Made by a program: the position numbers and the translations under genes. A DNA stretch of 64,000 nt from Azolla caroliniana (lineage: Eukaryota; Plantae; Polypodiophyta): contig JBHGNT010000018.1 of the NCBI GenBank assembly GCA_043228905.1, positions 2,790,001 to 2,854,000 of the forward strand, written 5' to 3'. Every line of letters starts with the position of its first letter. The stretch's first letter is position 1. The notes beneath the pieces were generated by a model. That model saw nothing but the letters and a program-made list of their open reading frames with translations, had not been told where the DNA came from and ran no database searches. Positions 1 to 11,584 of this stretch are shown here, one piece after another.

Positions 1-1597
1 GGCTGTGGTCATCAATGAATGTCACGAAGTACTGGGCTCCGCCATGTGACTTCGTTTCTACTTGACACACATCCGTGTGCACCAACTCCAATGGTGCACT
101 GCGTCTCGTCGGTGGCCTTGAGTGGAAGGAGGTTCGGTTCTGTTTACCGGCCAGGCAATCGGTGCACTTCTCCAGGTGCACATGCTTCACTGGGATAAGG
201 TTGTCTTCTGCAAGCCTCTTCATCCCCTTCTCACTCATGTGGCACAGTCTTTTGTGCCACAGCTTACCGGCAGTGTCGGCTGCCACATTCAGCTCTTCCG
301 GACATAACCAGGCATTCATCAGGTACAGTGTGTTGACCTTCCGGGCACGAGCCACTATCAAGCTCCCCTTGCTGAATTTCATGGCACCGTTCCGGATGCT
401 ACCCGTGTAGCCTTCATCATCTAGCCTCCCGGCCGAAATCAGGTTCAGTCGGACCTCCGGAACGTGTCGAACATTCTTCAGCAGCATTTTGCATCCGGTC
501 GGGGTTGTCAGCCACACGTCTCCTATGCCGGCAATCCGGCACGTACCTTCGTTTCCCATCCGGACACAGCCATGCTCGCCGGCTGTGTAGGATGAGAAGT
601 ATCTTCTCTCCGGGGTCAGATGGAACGATGCTCCGGAATCGACCACCCAGGTCGTCTCATCGCCGGCAATGTTTAGTTCACCTTCTTCGGTGATGAGCAT
701 GATCTCCTCTTCACTTGCCGCGAGTGCCGTCGTTCCTTTCCGGTCCTGTCCTCGCCGATCCGAACCATTTCGGTCCGTGGCTCCCCGGTATGCACCGTTT
801 CTCTCCGGTGACTTCTTCGAATCGGTGTTGTCGGTTCCATTGTCCTTTCGGTAATGCCGACAATTCTTTCGGAAGTGCCCCGGCTTCCCACAGTGGAAGC
901 ATGTGGGCCTTCCTCTTGACTGCGACCGGGTCCCCGACTTCTCCCGTCTTTGCGGACTCCGGTTCCATTGTCTTCCCCTATCCGATTCGGTAAACAGCAT
1001 CTTCGGGTCGGAGGTCGGTTCTTTATCTCTCCGACGCGCTTCTTCGTTCAAAATACTTGTCTTTACCGTTTGTAAGGACAAGTTATCTTCGGTGCAGGAG
1101 GTGCTGAGAGTCACCACCAAGTTCTCCCAGCTTTCCGGCAATGTACACATCAGGATGATGGCTTGCATTGCATCCTCCAACGGGAACTTGATCGCCGCAA
1201 GCTGATTCACGAATCCCATGAACGTGCTTACGTGTTCCACCATACTCTCGCCGTCCCGGTACTTGAGATTCACAATCTTCCTCATCAGGGAGGTCCGGTT
1301 CAACGCATTCTTCCTCTCGTAGAGGCCCGACAGCTTCTTCCACATTTCATATGCGTTGGTGTCGTTTGCCACATGTTGTAGGACGCTTACATCGACATAT
1401 TGTCGGATCGTCGCTACGGCTTTCCGGTTCAGGAGCTTCCACTCCGACTCAAGTACCCCCTTCGGTATTTCCGACCTGTCAATCGGTTCGTACAGGTCCC
1501 GAACAATCAGAAGATCCTCCATCTTGATCTTCCAGTCGGCGTAATTCTGTGCATTCAGCACCATCATCCCCGGCTGCCCGCTGCCGCCGCCTTCCAT
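1..1597 (-). CDS. Copia gag-pol polyprotein, N-terminal part (gag, CCHC knuckle, protease, GAG-pre-integrase, start of integrase core)
   Basis: Reverse complement is near-identical to 22289-23885 (MEGGGSGQPGMMVL..., WVVDSGAS, ELVHTDVC); frame appears open to the window edge. Confidence 0.85.
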   Translation of the reverse strand, partial: MEGGGSGQPGMMVLNAQNYADWKIKMEDLLIVRDLYEPIDRSEIPKGVLESEWKLLNRKAVATIRQYVDVSVLQHVANDTNAYEMWKKLSGLYERKNALNRTSLMRKIVNLKYRDGESMVEHVSTFMGFVNQLAAIKFPLEDAMQAIILMCTLPESWENLVVTLSTSCTEDNLSLQTVKTSILNEEARRRDKEPTSDPKMLFTESDRGRQWNRSPQRREKSGTRSQSRGRPTCFHCGKPGHFRKNCRHYRKDNGTDNTDSKKSPERNGAYRGATDRNGSDRRGQDRKGTTALAASEEEIMLITEEGELNIAGDETTWVVDSGASFHLTPERRYFSSYTAGEHGCVRMGNEGTCRIAGIGDVWLTTPTGCKMLLKNVRHVPEVRLNLISAGRLDDEGYTGSIRNGAMKFSKGSLIVARARKVNTLYLMNAWLCPEELNVAADTAGKLWHKRLCHMSEKGMKRLAEDNLIPVKHVHLEKCTDCLAGKQNRTSFHSRPPTRRSAPLELVHTDVCQVETKSHGGAQYFVTFIDDHS

Positions 1598-2241
1598 TTT
1601 CTGCAGCAGTTCGCTCTGATACCAGTTTGTAAGGAATCGACGCTTCGATTCACCTTCTTCTCTCGGCCACAACCGAGTAATCGCGGATCAATGCAGCAGA
1701 AAATAGGAACCACACGAGAAACAAAAGAAACGCGAGTACACAGGGATTAACGTGGAAAACCCTATACGGGAAAAAACCACGGGAGTGCGAGACTCCAAAC
1801 CAAACTATACAGAGAAGTATACAATGGCGAGCTGCAAGGCGACGACCTTGAGCTCGCTGTCCTCGCCACAGGCGGCGGAAATACACAGAGGCGTCTACCT
1901 CTTTCTCTCTCGCGCTCTATCTCTCTCTCTCTCTCACGGCTGCTCACACTTCACTCCTCTTGAGTGGAAAAACAGAAAAATGAGAAGCAACAGTAAAACT
2001 GTTTGCCCTAAGTCATATTTATACTTATATGACTTTGGGCTATTTACAACTATAGCCTCAGGGGCCCATAGCGAACATATTCACGGATATGTCCCTGCAT
2101 CCGGATCGCTCTCCGGGTACATTCGTCATCCGGCACCGAAGCCGGGGTCTTCGTCATCCGGATCCGAAACCGAAACCGGGCTTGTCGGCATTCATCTCCG
2201 ATATCCGACCATCCCATCCGAAAGGGACCGAAAACCCAACA
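1..2241 (-). mobile_element. Ty1/copia (Tnt1/Tork-like) element A, 5' part: 5' LTR 1628-2241, PBS, gag-PR-start of INT; continues beyond the window
   Basis: LTR with TG...CA ends closely matching the LTRs at 21646-26988; iMet PBS TGGTATCAGAGC on minus strand at 1613-1624; gag ATG at 1597. Confidence 0.95.
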
Positions 2242-2450
2242 GACTTCACCAGAAAGGACACGCTCACGGACAAAATGGTAGTGCACCTCAATGTGCTTGG
2301 TCCGTGCGTGGAAGACGGGGTTCTTCGCGAGTTGGATGCTGCTGAGGTTGTCGCAGTAGATCATCGTCAAATCGGACACCTCCACCTGCAGATCCTTAAG
2401 TAGCCACTTCAACCATATGGCTTCACATGTCGCGATAGCCGCTCCTCGAT
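2242..2450 (-). mobile_element. RNase H fragment of a different copia lineage; target of element A
   Basis: Translation KWLLKDLQV...IYCDNLSSIQLAKNPVFHARTKHIEVHYHFVRERV, cut exactly at the A LTR end. Confidence 0.85.
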
Positions 2451-2451
2451 A

Positions 2452-3740
2452 AAGACTACCTGATCGGGACAGAGGTAATTATCGAGACGGACTGCCTACC
2501 GATCCTTGGCATGGTTTCCGGATTCGTGACGCCGGACCTGGCAATGCTCATGTGGATAGCGTACATCAAGTCCCTGAATCCGGAAATACGACACATTTCT
2601 AGGAAAGACAACGCCATGGCCGACATGCTTTCAAGGGCGAGGTTCGAAAACGACGGCGGCATGGTTTCAGAGGACGAGGAAGTCGGTGTGGACTTCTTCG
2701 AGGCAACTTACGTAACAACCGGCAGGGAATGCTCTCCAGCTCTCCAACGCTTAACGATTTCGACGAGAGCAAGTACGACGGGGAGTGGCTGCAGATCGGC
2801 GGGTTCCTGAGAACAATGACACCGGACGCGGCATGGACAACGGACGAGGCCAACCAGATTCGGAAGAAAGCCTACCGATTCTTTCTCCGGGATGGATACA
2901 TATGGAAGCACCCGAAGAAGAGGAACGACATCCCGGTCCGAGTGGTGGCGAAGAAGGAGGATCAGGAGGATTTGCTGGCGGCGTACCACGATAGCCCGTG
3001 GGCTGGACACCGTGGAACGTGGGCCACGTTCGAAAAGCTAAAGGGGAAGTACTGGTGGCCGGGACTATACCGGGACATGCATCGGTTCTTGATGACTTGC
3101 GAAAGCTGTCAGGTGCACTTCATGATCTGACATCGGGACGAGCTTCACCCGACCTACCCTCCGACCGTCCACTTCAAGTGGATGGTGGATTTGGTGACGA
3201 TGCCAATGGGGGTAGGACAGATGCGGTATCTGGTGCTGGCTCGGGAAGATCTAACGAACCAGGTTGAAGGCCGAGCCCTGCAGAACAAGACGATGGCAAC
3301 TGTGTGCCGATTTTTGATTGAGGACGTAGTATGCCGATACAGGTGCGTAGGGAAGATCGTGGCTGACCGTGGTGAGTTGGACGCAGAAGACGCAGAAGAG
3401 TTGTTCGACTGGCTAGGAGTCAAACTTTCGCTCACCACAACGTACAATTCGGAGGCGAACGGGAAGGTGGAGCGCGGACACGAGCCAATTGTCAAAGCAC
3501 TAGTACGGGTGTGCGAAGGCCAAGTCGGGGACTGGCCACGGCTGCTACCTTATGCCTTGTGGGCGGACCGGACTACGCACAGTTCGGTAACCGGGTTCAT
3601 GCCGGCCGAGCTGATGTTCGGACAGAAGCCGATCATGCCAACAGGGCGAACGATCTCCTCGTGGGACATGGTGGACTGGAGGGATGAGATGAGCCGGGAG
3701 GAACTGTTGGCGGCATGGATTGGACAGCTCGAGCGGAGGT
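2452..3740 (+). mobile_element. Ty3/gypsy RNase H-integrase fragment (decayed)
   Basis: ETDCLPILG, RHISRKDNAMADMLSR, HDSPWAGHRG...CESC zinc domain, integrase core (ADRGE...ANGKVERGH); frameshift and stop; homologous to 18700-19103 on minus strand. Confidence 0.9.
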
Positions 3741-4866
3741 AGAGATCCTGGAACCAGATCGTGAACTGCGCGACTGTTTCGTGCGGTTCCTGGCATATAG
3801 AGAAGAATTGCCGGAGCAGTTCCCGTTTAGGCACCTCGCGATGAAAAAGTTCAAGGAACTTTGTGCGCACGATTTAGAAAGTGGTGGCCTCTCCTATCTC
3901 GAGGCGAGAGTACCATCGTGCGGCCGGTCCATCGAGGGAGAGTGTGAACTCAGCAATCTTCGAGGCATCGATTTCGGCCGACGTGAGGCGGTGCGTGGAG
4001 TGGTTAGCCTGCCACATGGATATGAAGGCACGGACGTGTGACTCCGCGTCTGGTCCGTCGGTATATCGTGGGTATGGGTACGGCATGATGTCGTACTGTG
4101 GTTCTTCTGGTAGCACCGGAAAAGGGTTTAGTTCCGGTTGATTGACCTCCGGAGGGCTCGACGGGGGTTCTGGTGGTGAATCAACTCGCGATCGAGTGTC
4201 CGGTGGCGAGGATTGCACTGGACAAGCCCCCGATTGATCGGGAAAGGATTGGTCAGTGACCGCCGAGTCGGAAGTTCCTTCGACTGGCTCAGGGCGTCGG
4301 GCGGGTGGCCAAGACCTCGTGGTGTGAGAGGGCGCCGTAACGGCGGCTGGTGATTACCTTCAACGAAGTTCGTTGTGCACTCACAGCTGTAACCGGGCGT
4401 GCCAAATTGTGTTACCCGTTCCTTTGGGTGAACACCTTCGATAGATCTGCGTCTATTGGTCTTCAAGGGCGTGGTACGTGAAGGCTCGTAACAGAGACGT
4501 CGAGAGAGATACAGGGCTCAGAAAGAAAACACTAGCGAGGTCTTGATAGACGTGGTAGCGTAAAACTCATAGGTATGGATCAAAGCACAGACTCATGCAG
4601 CAAAAATAGGCACAAATCAGATATATTACTATGACAGAAAAGATTACAGAACACAGCCTATGGCAGGTGACCTTACGAGTTGATCTAATTACGAATGACT
4701 AAGCTAGTGCTTCCGCCTCTAGTTTTTCTTCTCTCCCTTTCTGAGGTATTGTTCCTCGTTTAAATAACCTTTCCCCTAATACACCGTCGAGTCGTCGGTG
4801 GCCCGTGATACTCGGACTCGGCGTTTGCTAATTTCCTAATTTTACATTTCTGTCCCCTAGACAACA
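3741..4866 (-). mobile_element. Non-chromovirus gypsy G3, 5' fragment: LTR 4410-4866, PBS, partial gag
   Basis: TGTT...AACA LTR; minus-strand TGGCACGCCCGG 5 nt after it; gag MPYPYPRYTDGPDAESHVRAF...ANH homologous to gag of G1 and G2. Confidence 0.85.
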
Positions 4867-6362
4867 CATACATAAGATGCTTCATCGACATGAGCCTGTA
4901 CAATAACTTCAATGAAGAGAACAAGGCAAATGAGCTCTGGGAGAAGATTGGCACGATGTTGAAGAACAAGAATGCCATAAATCAGGTCTCAATATTTCGG
5001 AAGATAGTGAGGCTCAGATATCATGACGGCTCCAGCATGGTAGAGCATATGAATGCTTTCCAAGGTTTGCTAAACCAAACAACCTCACTAGAAGAACCTC
5101 TAGCAGACGAGGTACTTGCTTTTTTGTTGCTCGGATCCCTTCTAGATAGTTAAGACACGCTAGTTGTTACATTGGGCAACGCCGGCGGCCGAATCGAAAG
5201 GAAAGCACTTATCCCTAGTGAGAGTGAAGTCGAGCTTGCTAAATGAAGAAGCTTGCCAGAAGGAACAGGAGTCTGGAATAGATCCGAAGGCCTTAGTCAC
5301 AGGAGACGGCAATAACCGGGGAAGAGGCCAGAATCAAAGTTCCCAGAACCGGGAGAAGTCGGGGACGAGGTCGAAGTCAAGAGGGAGGCTTGTTGGGAGA
5401 CAGGTCCCTCCAGATGGGAAGGGAGAAGAACGGTATGAACCGGATCGGGAGTACCCGACTGCGGAGAGCCGGATGGTGTAGGCCCGGTATGAACCGGAGG
5501 AAGAGACATATTCGTAAATATGTTTCTGATAGCCCATCGAGGCTACGTTTGTAAATAGCCGAAAAGTCATATTAGTATAAATATGACTTAGGGCAAACTT
5601 TTAGGTGTGTTGTTTTTTTTTTTTTTTTGTTGTCATTCTTCCTTGTTGGTGCAAGAAGAAGAGAGAGCGCGTAACTGTACAGAGAGAGAGAGAGAGAGAG
5701 AGACGAGGTCGTTGCCTCTGTTGTAACCGCCGCCTGTGGCGAAGATCTGAGAGCACGAGGTCGTTGCCTCAGTGAACTCACTGTTGTATATTCCTACATA
5801 GTGATAGTTTGCAGCCTGTGGGCTGCCGTGGTTTTTCCCTTATTTTGGGGTTTTCCACGTAAACCTCCTGTGTACCATTTCTCCCCTTTGTGTCGCGTTT
5901 CATTACCTGTTTTTCTGTGTATGAAAAGAATCTCGGTTGTGGCCGAGCGTCGGACATAAGGAATGTCGTGTTCTCAACAAGAAGGCCCACCAGCTTTTAT
6001 TGCGGATAGTCGGGGCACTTCCAAAAGAATTGTCGACACTTCCAAAAAGCCAAAGGGGGAGCCGACGGTCGGGAACCGAAGAAGAGTTTGGAAAGGATAG
6101 GAACATTGGCAATTGCGACAACTAAAGAGGAACTGTTGCTAATCACCGAGGAGAGTGAGTTGCACATTGTCAGTGATGAATCAACATGGGTGGTTGACTC
6201 CAGAGCGTCGTTTCATCTTACCCCCGACCGGAAGTGTTTCGAATCCTACAGAGTAGGAGATCACGGCTGTGTAAGCATGGAGAATCAAGGGGCATGCCGA
6301 ATTGTCAGCATAGGAGATGTGTGCTTGACTACATCAACCGGGTGCAAACTACTATTCAGAGT
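4867..6362 (+). mobile_element. Decayed copia gag-protease fragment related to family B, split by a solo LTR
   Basis: YIRCFIDMSLYNNFNEE...SRGR, resuming after the LTR with the knuckle region and WVVDSRASFH; stops and frameshifts. Confidence 0.9.
5391..5979 (+). repeat. Copia family B solo LTR
   Basis: TGTTGGGAGACAGG...CTCAACA, homologous to 15799-16490; host gag continues on both sides; TSD imperfect (AGGCT versus AGA-AGGCC). Confidence 0.9.
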
Positions 6363-6405
6363 TCGTAGGGGCTCTCTTAAACTGGATAGGAAAGTGTTCG
6401 GTATA

Positions 6406-9400
6406 TGTTGTGTCGAGACATCATCGGCCACACAGAAAACAGGAAATGGAAAAACACGACAAAAAGGAGAGAAAAGGTGCACAAGAAGTTTACGTGGAAA
6501 ACCCAAACTAAGGGAAAAACCACGGTAGCCCACAGGCTGCAAACTATTACTATGTTGGAATGTACAAACAATGAGTTCACGGAGGCAACAACCTCGTGCT
6601 CACTATCTTCGCCACAGGCGGCGGTTACAACAGAGGCAGTGACCTCTTTCTCTATCTCTCTCTCTATACACTGTTACGTGCTCTCTCTTCTTCTTGCACC
6701 AACAAGAGAAAATGACAACAACAACAGTTACTATATGTTTGCCCTAAGTCATATTTATACTAATCTGACTTTTCGGCAATTTACAAATATAGCCTTGATG
6801 GGCTCTCAAAAACATATTTACGAATATGTCTCTTCGTCCGGTGAGCATTCCTCACCGGGTCAGCACCATCCGGCTCTCCGTAGCCGGGTACTCCTCATCC
6901 GGATCTCACCGAGTCTGCACCATCCGGCTCTCCGTAGACGGGTACTCCTCATCCGGATCTAACCGGGTCTGCACCATCCGGCTCTCCGTAGCCGGGTACT
7001 CCTCATCTGGTTTTGTTCTTCTCTCTTCCCATCCGGAGGAACCTGTCTCCCAACAAACTCCCCCTTCACTCCGGCATGGGGTGTCTTACCAGTCCGATCT
7101 GCTTCCGGCATGCATCCAGCTTGTCGGGTATTAGAACTTTGATCAGCATATCTGACCTATTCTCGGCCGTGTGGATCTTCGTCAGCGCGAAGTCCTGGTC
7201 ATCTACTCTTTCCCGGATCCAGTGATACCTTCGCTGGATATGCTTCGTCCGGGAATGGTAGGCCGCATTCTTAGCAAGGTGGATGGCACTTTGACTGTCG
7301 CAATAGATCCGGTATTCATCTTGCCGGATACCGAGCTCTCCGATGAAGTCCATCCATAATATTTCCTTGCAGGCTTCCACAGCCGCCATGTACTCCGCCT
7401 CCGTGGTTGACAATGCAATCGTCTTCTGCAGCCTCGACTGCCACGAAACAGCTCCCCCTGCATATGTCATTACATACCCGGATGTAGATCGGCTGGTATC
7501 CACATCAGCCGACATGTCCGAATCGGTAAAACCGTCAAGTTGAGGTTTTCCGGAGCCGAATCGGAGACACATATTTGAAGTGCCCTTCAAATACCGGAGT
7601 TTACTTTTGACCGCGTTCCAGTGCTCCTTGCCGGGATTGCTCATAAACCGGCTCACCACTCCGACTGCGTATCCTATGTCCGGTCGGGTACAAACCATTG
7701 CGTACATCAAGCTCCCGACGGCAGAGGCATATGGAATCTTCATCATATCCGCCTTCTCTGCTTTCGTCTTTGGGCTTTGCTTACTGGATAGCTTGCAGTT
7801 TGCCAGAAGTGTCGATCCGACCGGTTTCGCATCTGACATGTTGAACCGGTGAAGCACCTTTGTCACGTACTTCTCCTGTGACAGCCATAATTGCTTCGCT
7901 GACCGGTCCCGAATGATGTGCATCCCCAGCATCTGTCTTGCCGGACCCAAGTCTTTCATTGAGAAGGTCTGGTTGAGAGCCTTCTTCAGCATCCGTATTT
8001 TGACTTGGTCACGTCCGACGATCAACATGTCGTCCACGTACAGAAGGAGTATCAGGAAGTCGCCTCCTTCGAACTTCTTCACAAACACGCAGTGATCAGC
8101 CTACGTCTTGTGGTACCCTTGATCGGTCATGAAGGAATCGAACTTCCGGTACCATTGTCGGGGAGCCTGCTTTAGTCCCTACAAGCTCTTCTTCAGCCGG
8201 CATACCAGGTGCTCCTTCCCTTTCTCCACAAATCCATCCGGTTGCTGCATGTAAATCTCCTCTTCGAGGTCGCCGTGAAGGAATGTCGTCTTCACGTCGA
8301 GCTGCTCTACCTCCAGGTCCATGCTTGCCGCTATACTCAGCACCGTCCGGATGGAGGTCGTCTTTACAACCGGGGCAAATATATCGTCGAAGTCCACGCC
8401 CTTCTTCTGCTAGAACCCCTTCACCACAATCCTGGCTTTGTATCTCGGGGGGTTGCCGGCATCTCCCGGTTTCAACTTGTACACCCACTTGTTTCGGAGT
8501 GCCCGCTTTCCTTTCGGCAACTCCACCAATTCGTACGTATGGTTCTCATGCAAGGAATCCATCTCATCCATGTCTTGCCGGTTGGGTCTGCTCATCGTAG
8601 AATCGATCCTTACCGGTCAACTCGGAGTTCATTATCTTCTTCTCCAACTCCCAGTCGGCGAGCGTCTTGTTCTCCATGAAGCTAATATCTCGACTCCGGA
8701 ATACCTTCTTGTCGACCGGGTCCCACACTCGGTAGCCGAACTCATCGTCGTCGTAACCGAGGAATATGCATGGCCGGGTCTTTGGATCTAACTTTCCTCT
8801 CCGGTCCTTAGCTACATGCACGTACACGAGACACCCAAACACCTTCAGACGTTGGTAGGATACTTCCTTACCGGTCCACACTCTCTGTGGCGTGTCTCCG
8901 TCCAAGGGTACTGAGGGTGATCTATTTATCACATATGTCGCCGTCGACAGTGCCTCAGCCCAAAACTTCTTGGGTAGTTTTGCATGCGCTAGCATACTCC
9001 GGACCCTCTCCATTATGGTCCGTTTCATCCTCTCGACCAGTCCGTTTAGTTCCGGCGTCTTCGGCACGGTAAATTCGAGCCGGATTCCCTTCGAGCGGAA
9101 GTACTCCTCAAACTGCCCCCGGTATTCTCCTCCGTTATCTGCTCGAACTGCCTTCAGCTTCCGGCCGGTTTCTCTTTCCACTCTCGCGTGGATCTCTTTG
9201 AAGACGGATAACATCTGATCCTTCGTCTTCAACGGTGTGGCCCACAACTTCCGGCTGTGGTCATCTATGAACGTCACGAAGTACTGCGCTCCGGCATGTG
9301 ACTTCGTGTCTACTTGACACACATCCGTATGCACCAACTCCAATGGTGTATTACGTCTCATCGGTGGCCTTGGTCGGAAGGAGGTCCGGTTTTGCTTACC

Positions 9401-11584
9401 GGCCAAACAATCAGTGCACTTCTCTAAGTGCACGTTCTTCACTGGAATGAGGTTGTCGTCTGCAAGCCTCTTCATCCCCTTCTTGCTCATATGACACAGC
9501 CTCTTGTGCCACAGCTCACCGGCAGTGTCGGATGCAACGTTCACTTCTTCCGGGCATAACCGGGCATTCATCAGGTACAGTATGTTTACCTTCCGGGTCC
9601 GAGCCACAATCAGGCTCCCTTTGCTGAACTTCATGACACCATTCCGGATGCTACCCGTGTAGCCCTCATCATCTAGCTGACCGGTTGATATCAGGTTCAG
9701 TCGAACCTCCGGAATGTGTCGGACATCCCTCAACAGCAACTTGCATCCGATTGGTGTTGACAGCCACACGTCTCCTATGCCTACAATTCGGCATGTACCT
9801 TCATTCCCCATTCGGACACAGCCGTGATCACCGGCTGAGTAGGATGAGAAGCATTTCCAGTCCGGGGTAAGGTGGAACGACGCTCCGGAGTCTACCACCC
9901 AGGTCATCTCATCGCCGGCAAGGTTTATCGCACTCTCCTTGGTGATGAGCATCAACTCCTCTTCACTTGCCGCGATTGCTGTCGTTACCTTCCGGTCCGG
10001 CCCCCTCCGGTCTTTACCGTTCCGGTCCGGGGTCCGCTTCGAATCGGTACCGTCGGTCTCCTTGTCTTTTTGGAAATGCCGACAATTCTTTTGGGAGTGT
10101 CCCAGGTTGCTGCAATAGAAGCAAGTGGGCCTCCCCCTTGACTTTGACCGTGTCCCCGACTTCTCCTGGTTCTGGGGACTACGGTTTCTATGTCTTCCAC
10201 GTTCCGATTCGGTAAGGAGCGCTTTGGAGTCGGAGCTCGTATCTTTATCTTTCCGACGCGCCTCCTCATCTAGCAAGCTCGACTTTACTCTTGCTAGGGA
10301 TAACCGTTTTCCTTCCGGCCCGGCATTGCCCAAAGTGACAACCAATGTCTCCCAGCTATCCGGGAGGGAACCGAGCAGGAGTAGCGCTAGTACCTCATCG
10401 GCGAGAGGTACTTCCAATGAAGTTGCCTGGTGTATCAGCCCCTGGAAGGCATTCATGTGCTCCACCATGCTGGGGCCATCTTGGTATCGGAGTCTTACTA
10501 GGTTCCGGAATACCGAAACCTAGTTAACAGCATTTTTGTTCTGAAACATTATGTCGATCTTCTCCCAGAGCTCATGAGCCTTGCTCTCTTCATTGAAGTT
10601 GTTGTACAGGCTCATGTCGATGAAGCACCGTATGTACGCCGTTGTCTTCATGTGCATCACCTCCCATATCGCAGCGTCGATTTTGTCCGGTCTCTTGTCC
10701 CCGAACTAAACCGGCAGCCAGAGGTCTTTAAACACAAGCATGTCCCTCATCTTCGACTTCCACACTGAATAGTTGGAGCCGGTGAGCTTGAACATGCCGC
10801 CAAACGATTCGTCCATTTTCTGTGTCGTTTCGCTCTAATACCACTTGACGGGAACTAAATGCTCCTTATGCACAACGCTCGGCCACAACCGAGTTTAGAA
10901 TCATACACAGAAAATAGGAAACGGAAAAACACGACACAAAGGAGAGAAAAGGTGCACAGGATGTTTACGTGGAAAACCCAAACTAAGGGAAAAACCACGG
11001 CAGCCCACAGGTTGCAAACTATCACTATGTTGGAATGTACAAACAGTGAGTTCACGGAGGCAACGACCTCGTGCTCACGATCTTCGCCACAGGCGGCGGT
11101 TACAACAGAGGCAGCGACCTCTTTCTCTCTCTCTCTCTCTGTACACTGTTATGTGCTCTCTCTTCTTCTTGCACCAACAAGAAAAAATGACAACAACAAC
11201 AATTACTATAAGTTTGCCCTAAGTCATATTTATACTAATATGACTTTTCGGCTATTTACAAATATAGCCTCGATGGGCTCTCAAAAACATATTTACGAAT
11301 ATGTCTCTTCGTCCGGTGAGCATTCCTCACCGGGTCAGCACAATCCGGCTCTCCGTAGCCGGGTACTTCTCATCTGGTTTTCACCGGGTTTGCACCATCC
11401 GGCTCTCTGTAGCCGGGTACTCCTTATCTGGATCTCACCGAGTCTGCACCATCCGGCTCTCCGTAGCCGGGTACTCCTCATCTGGATCTCACCGGGTCTG
11501 CACCATCCGGCTCTCCGTAGCCGGGTACTCCTCATCCGGTTCTGTTCTTCTCTCTTCCCATCTGGAGGGACCTGTCGCCCAACA
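6406..11584 (-). mobile_element. Copia family B element B1 (5' LTR 10846-11584, 3' LTR 6406-7055), defective
   Basis: PBS TGGTATTAGAGC, PPT GAAGGGGGAG; gag-PR-INT (8564-10468) and RT-RH (7066-8560) with stops and a deletion near 8570; flanks GTATA and AGATG do not match. Confidence 0.95.
11325..11540. repeat. 54-bp tandem repeat, about 4 units, in U3 of family B LTR (about 3 units at 6853-7010 and 15875-16032)
   Basis: Unit CCGGATGAGGAGTACCCGGCTACGGAGAGCCGGATGGTGCAGACCCGGTGAGAA in element sense. Confidence 0.9.

Noticed and set aside
11325-11540. Regular repeats resembling a CRISPR array
   Set aside because: Contiguous 54-bp tandem units with no unique spacers, inside LTRs, no cas genes, plant context.
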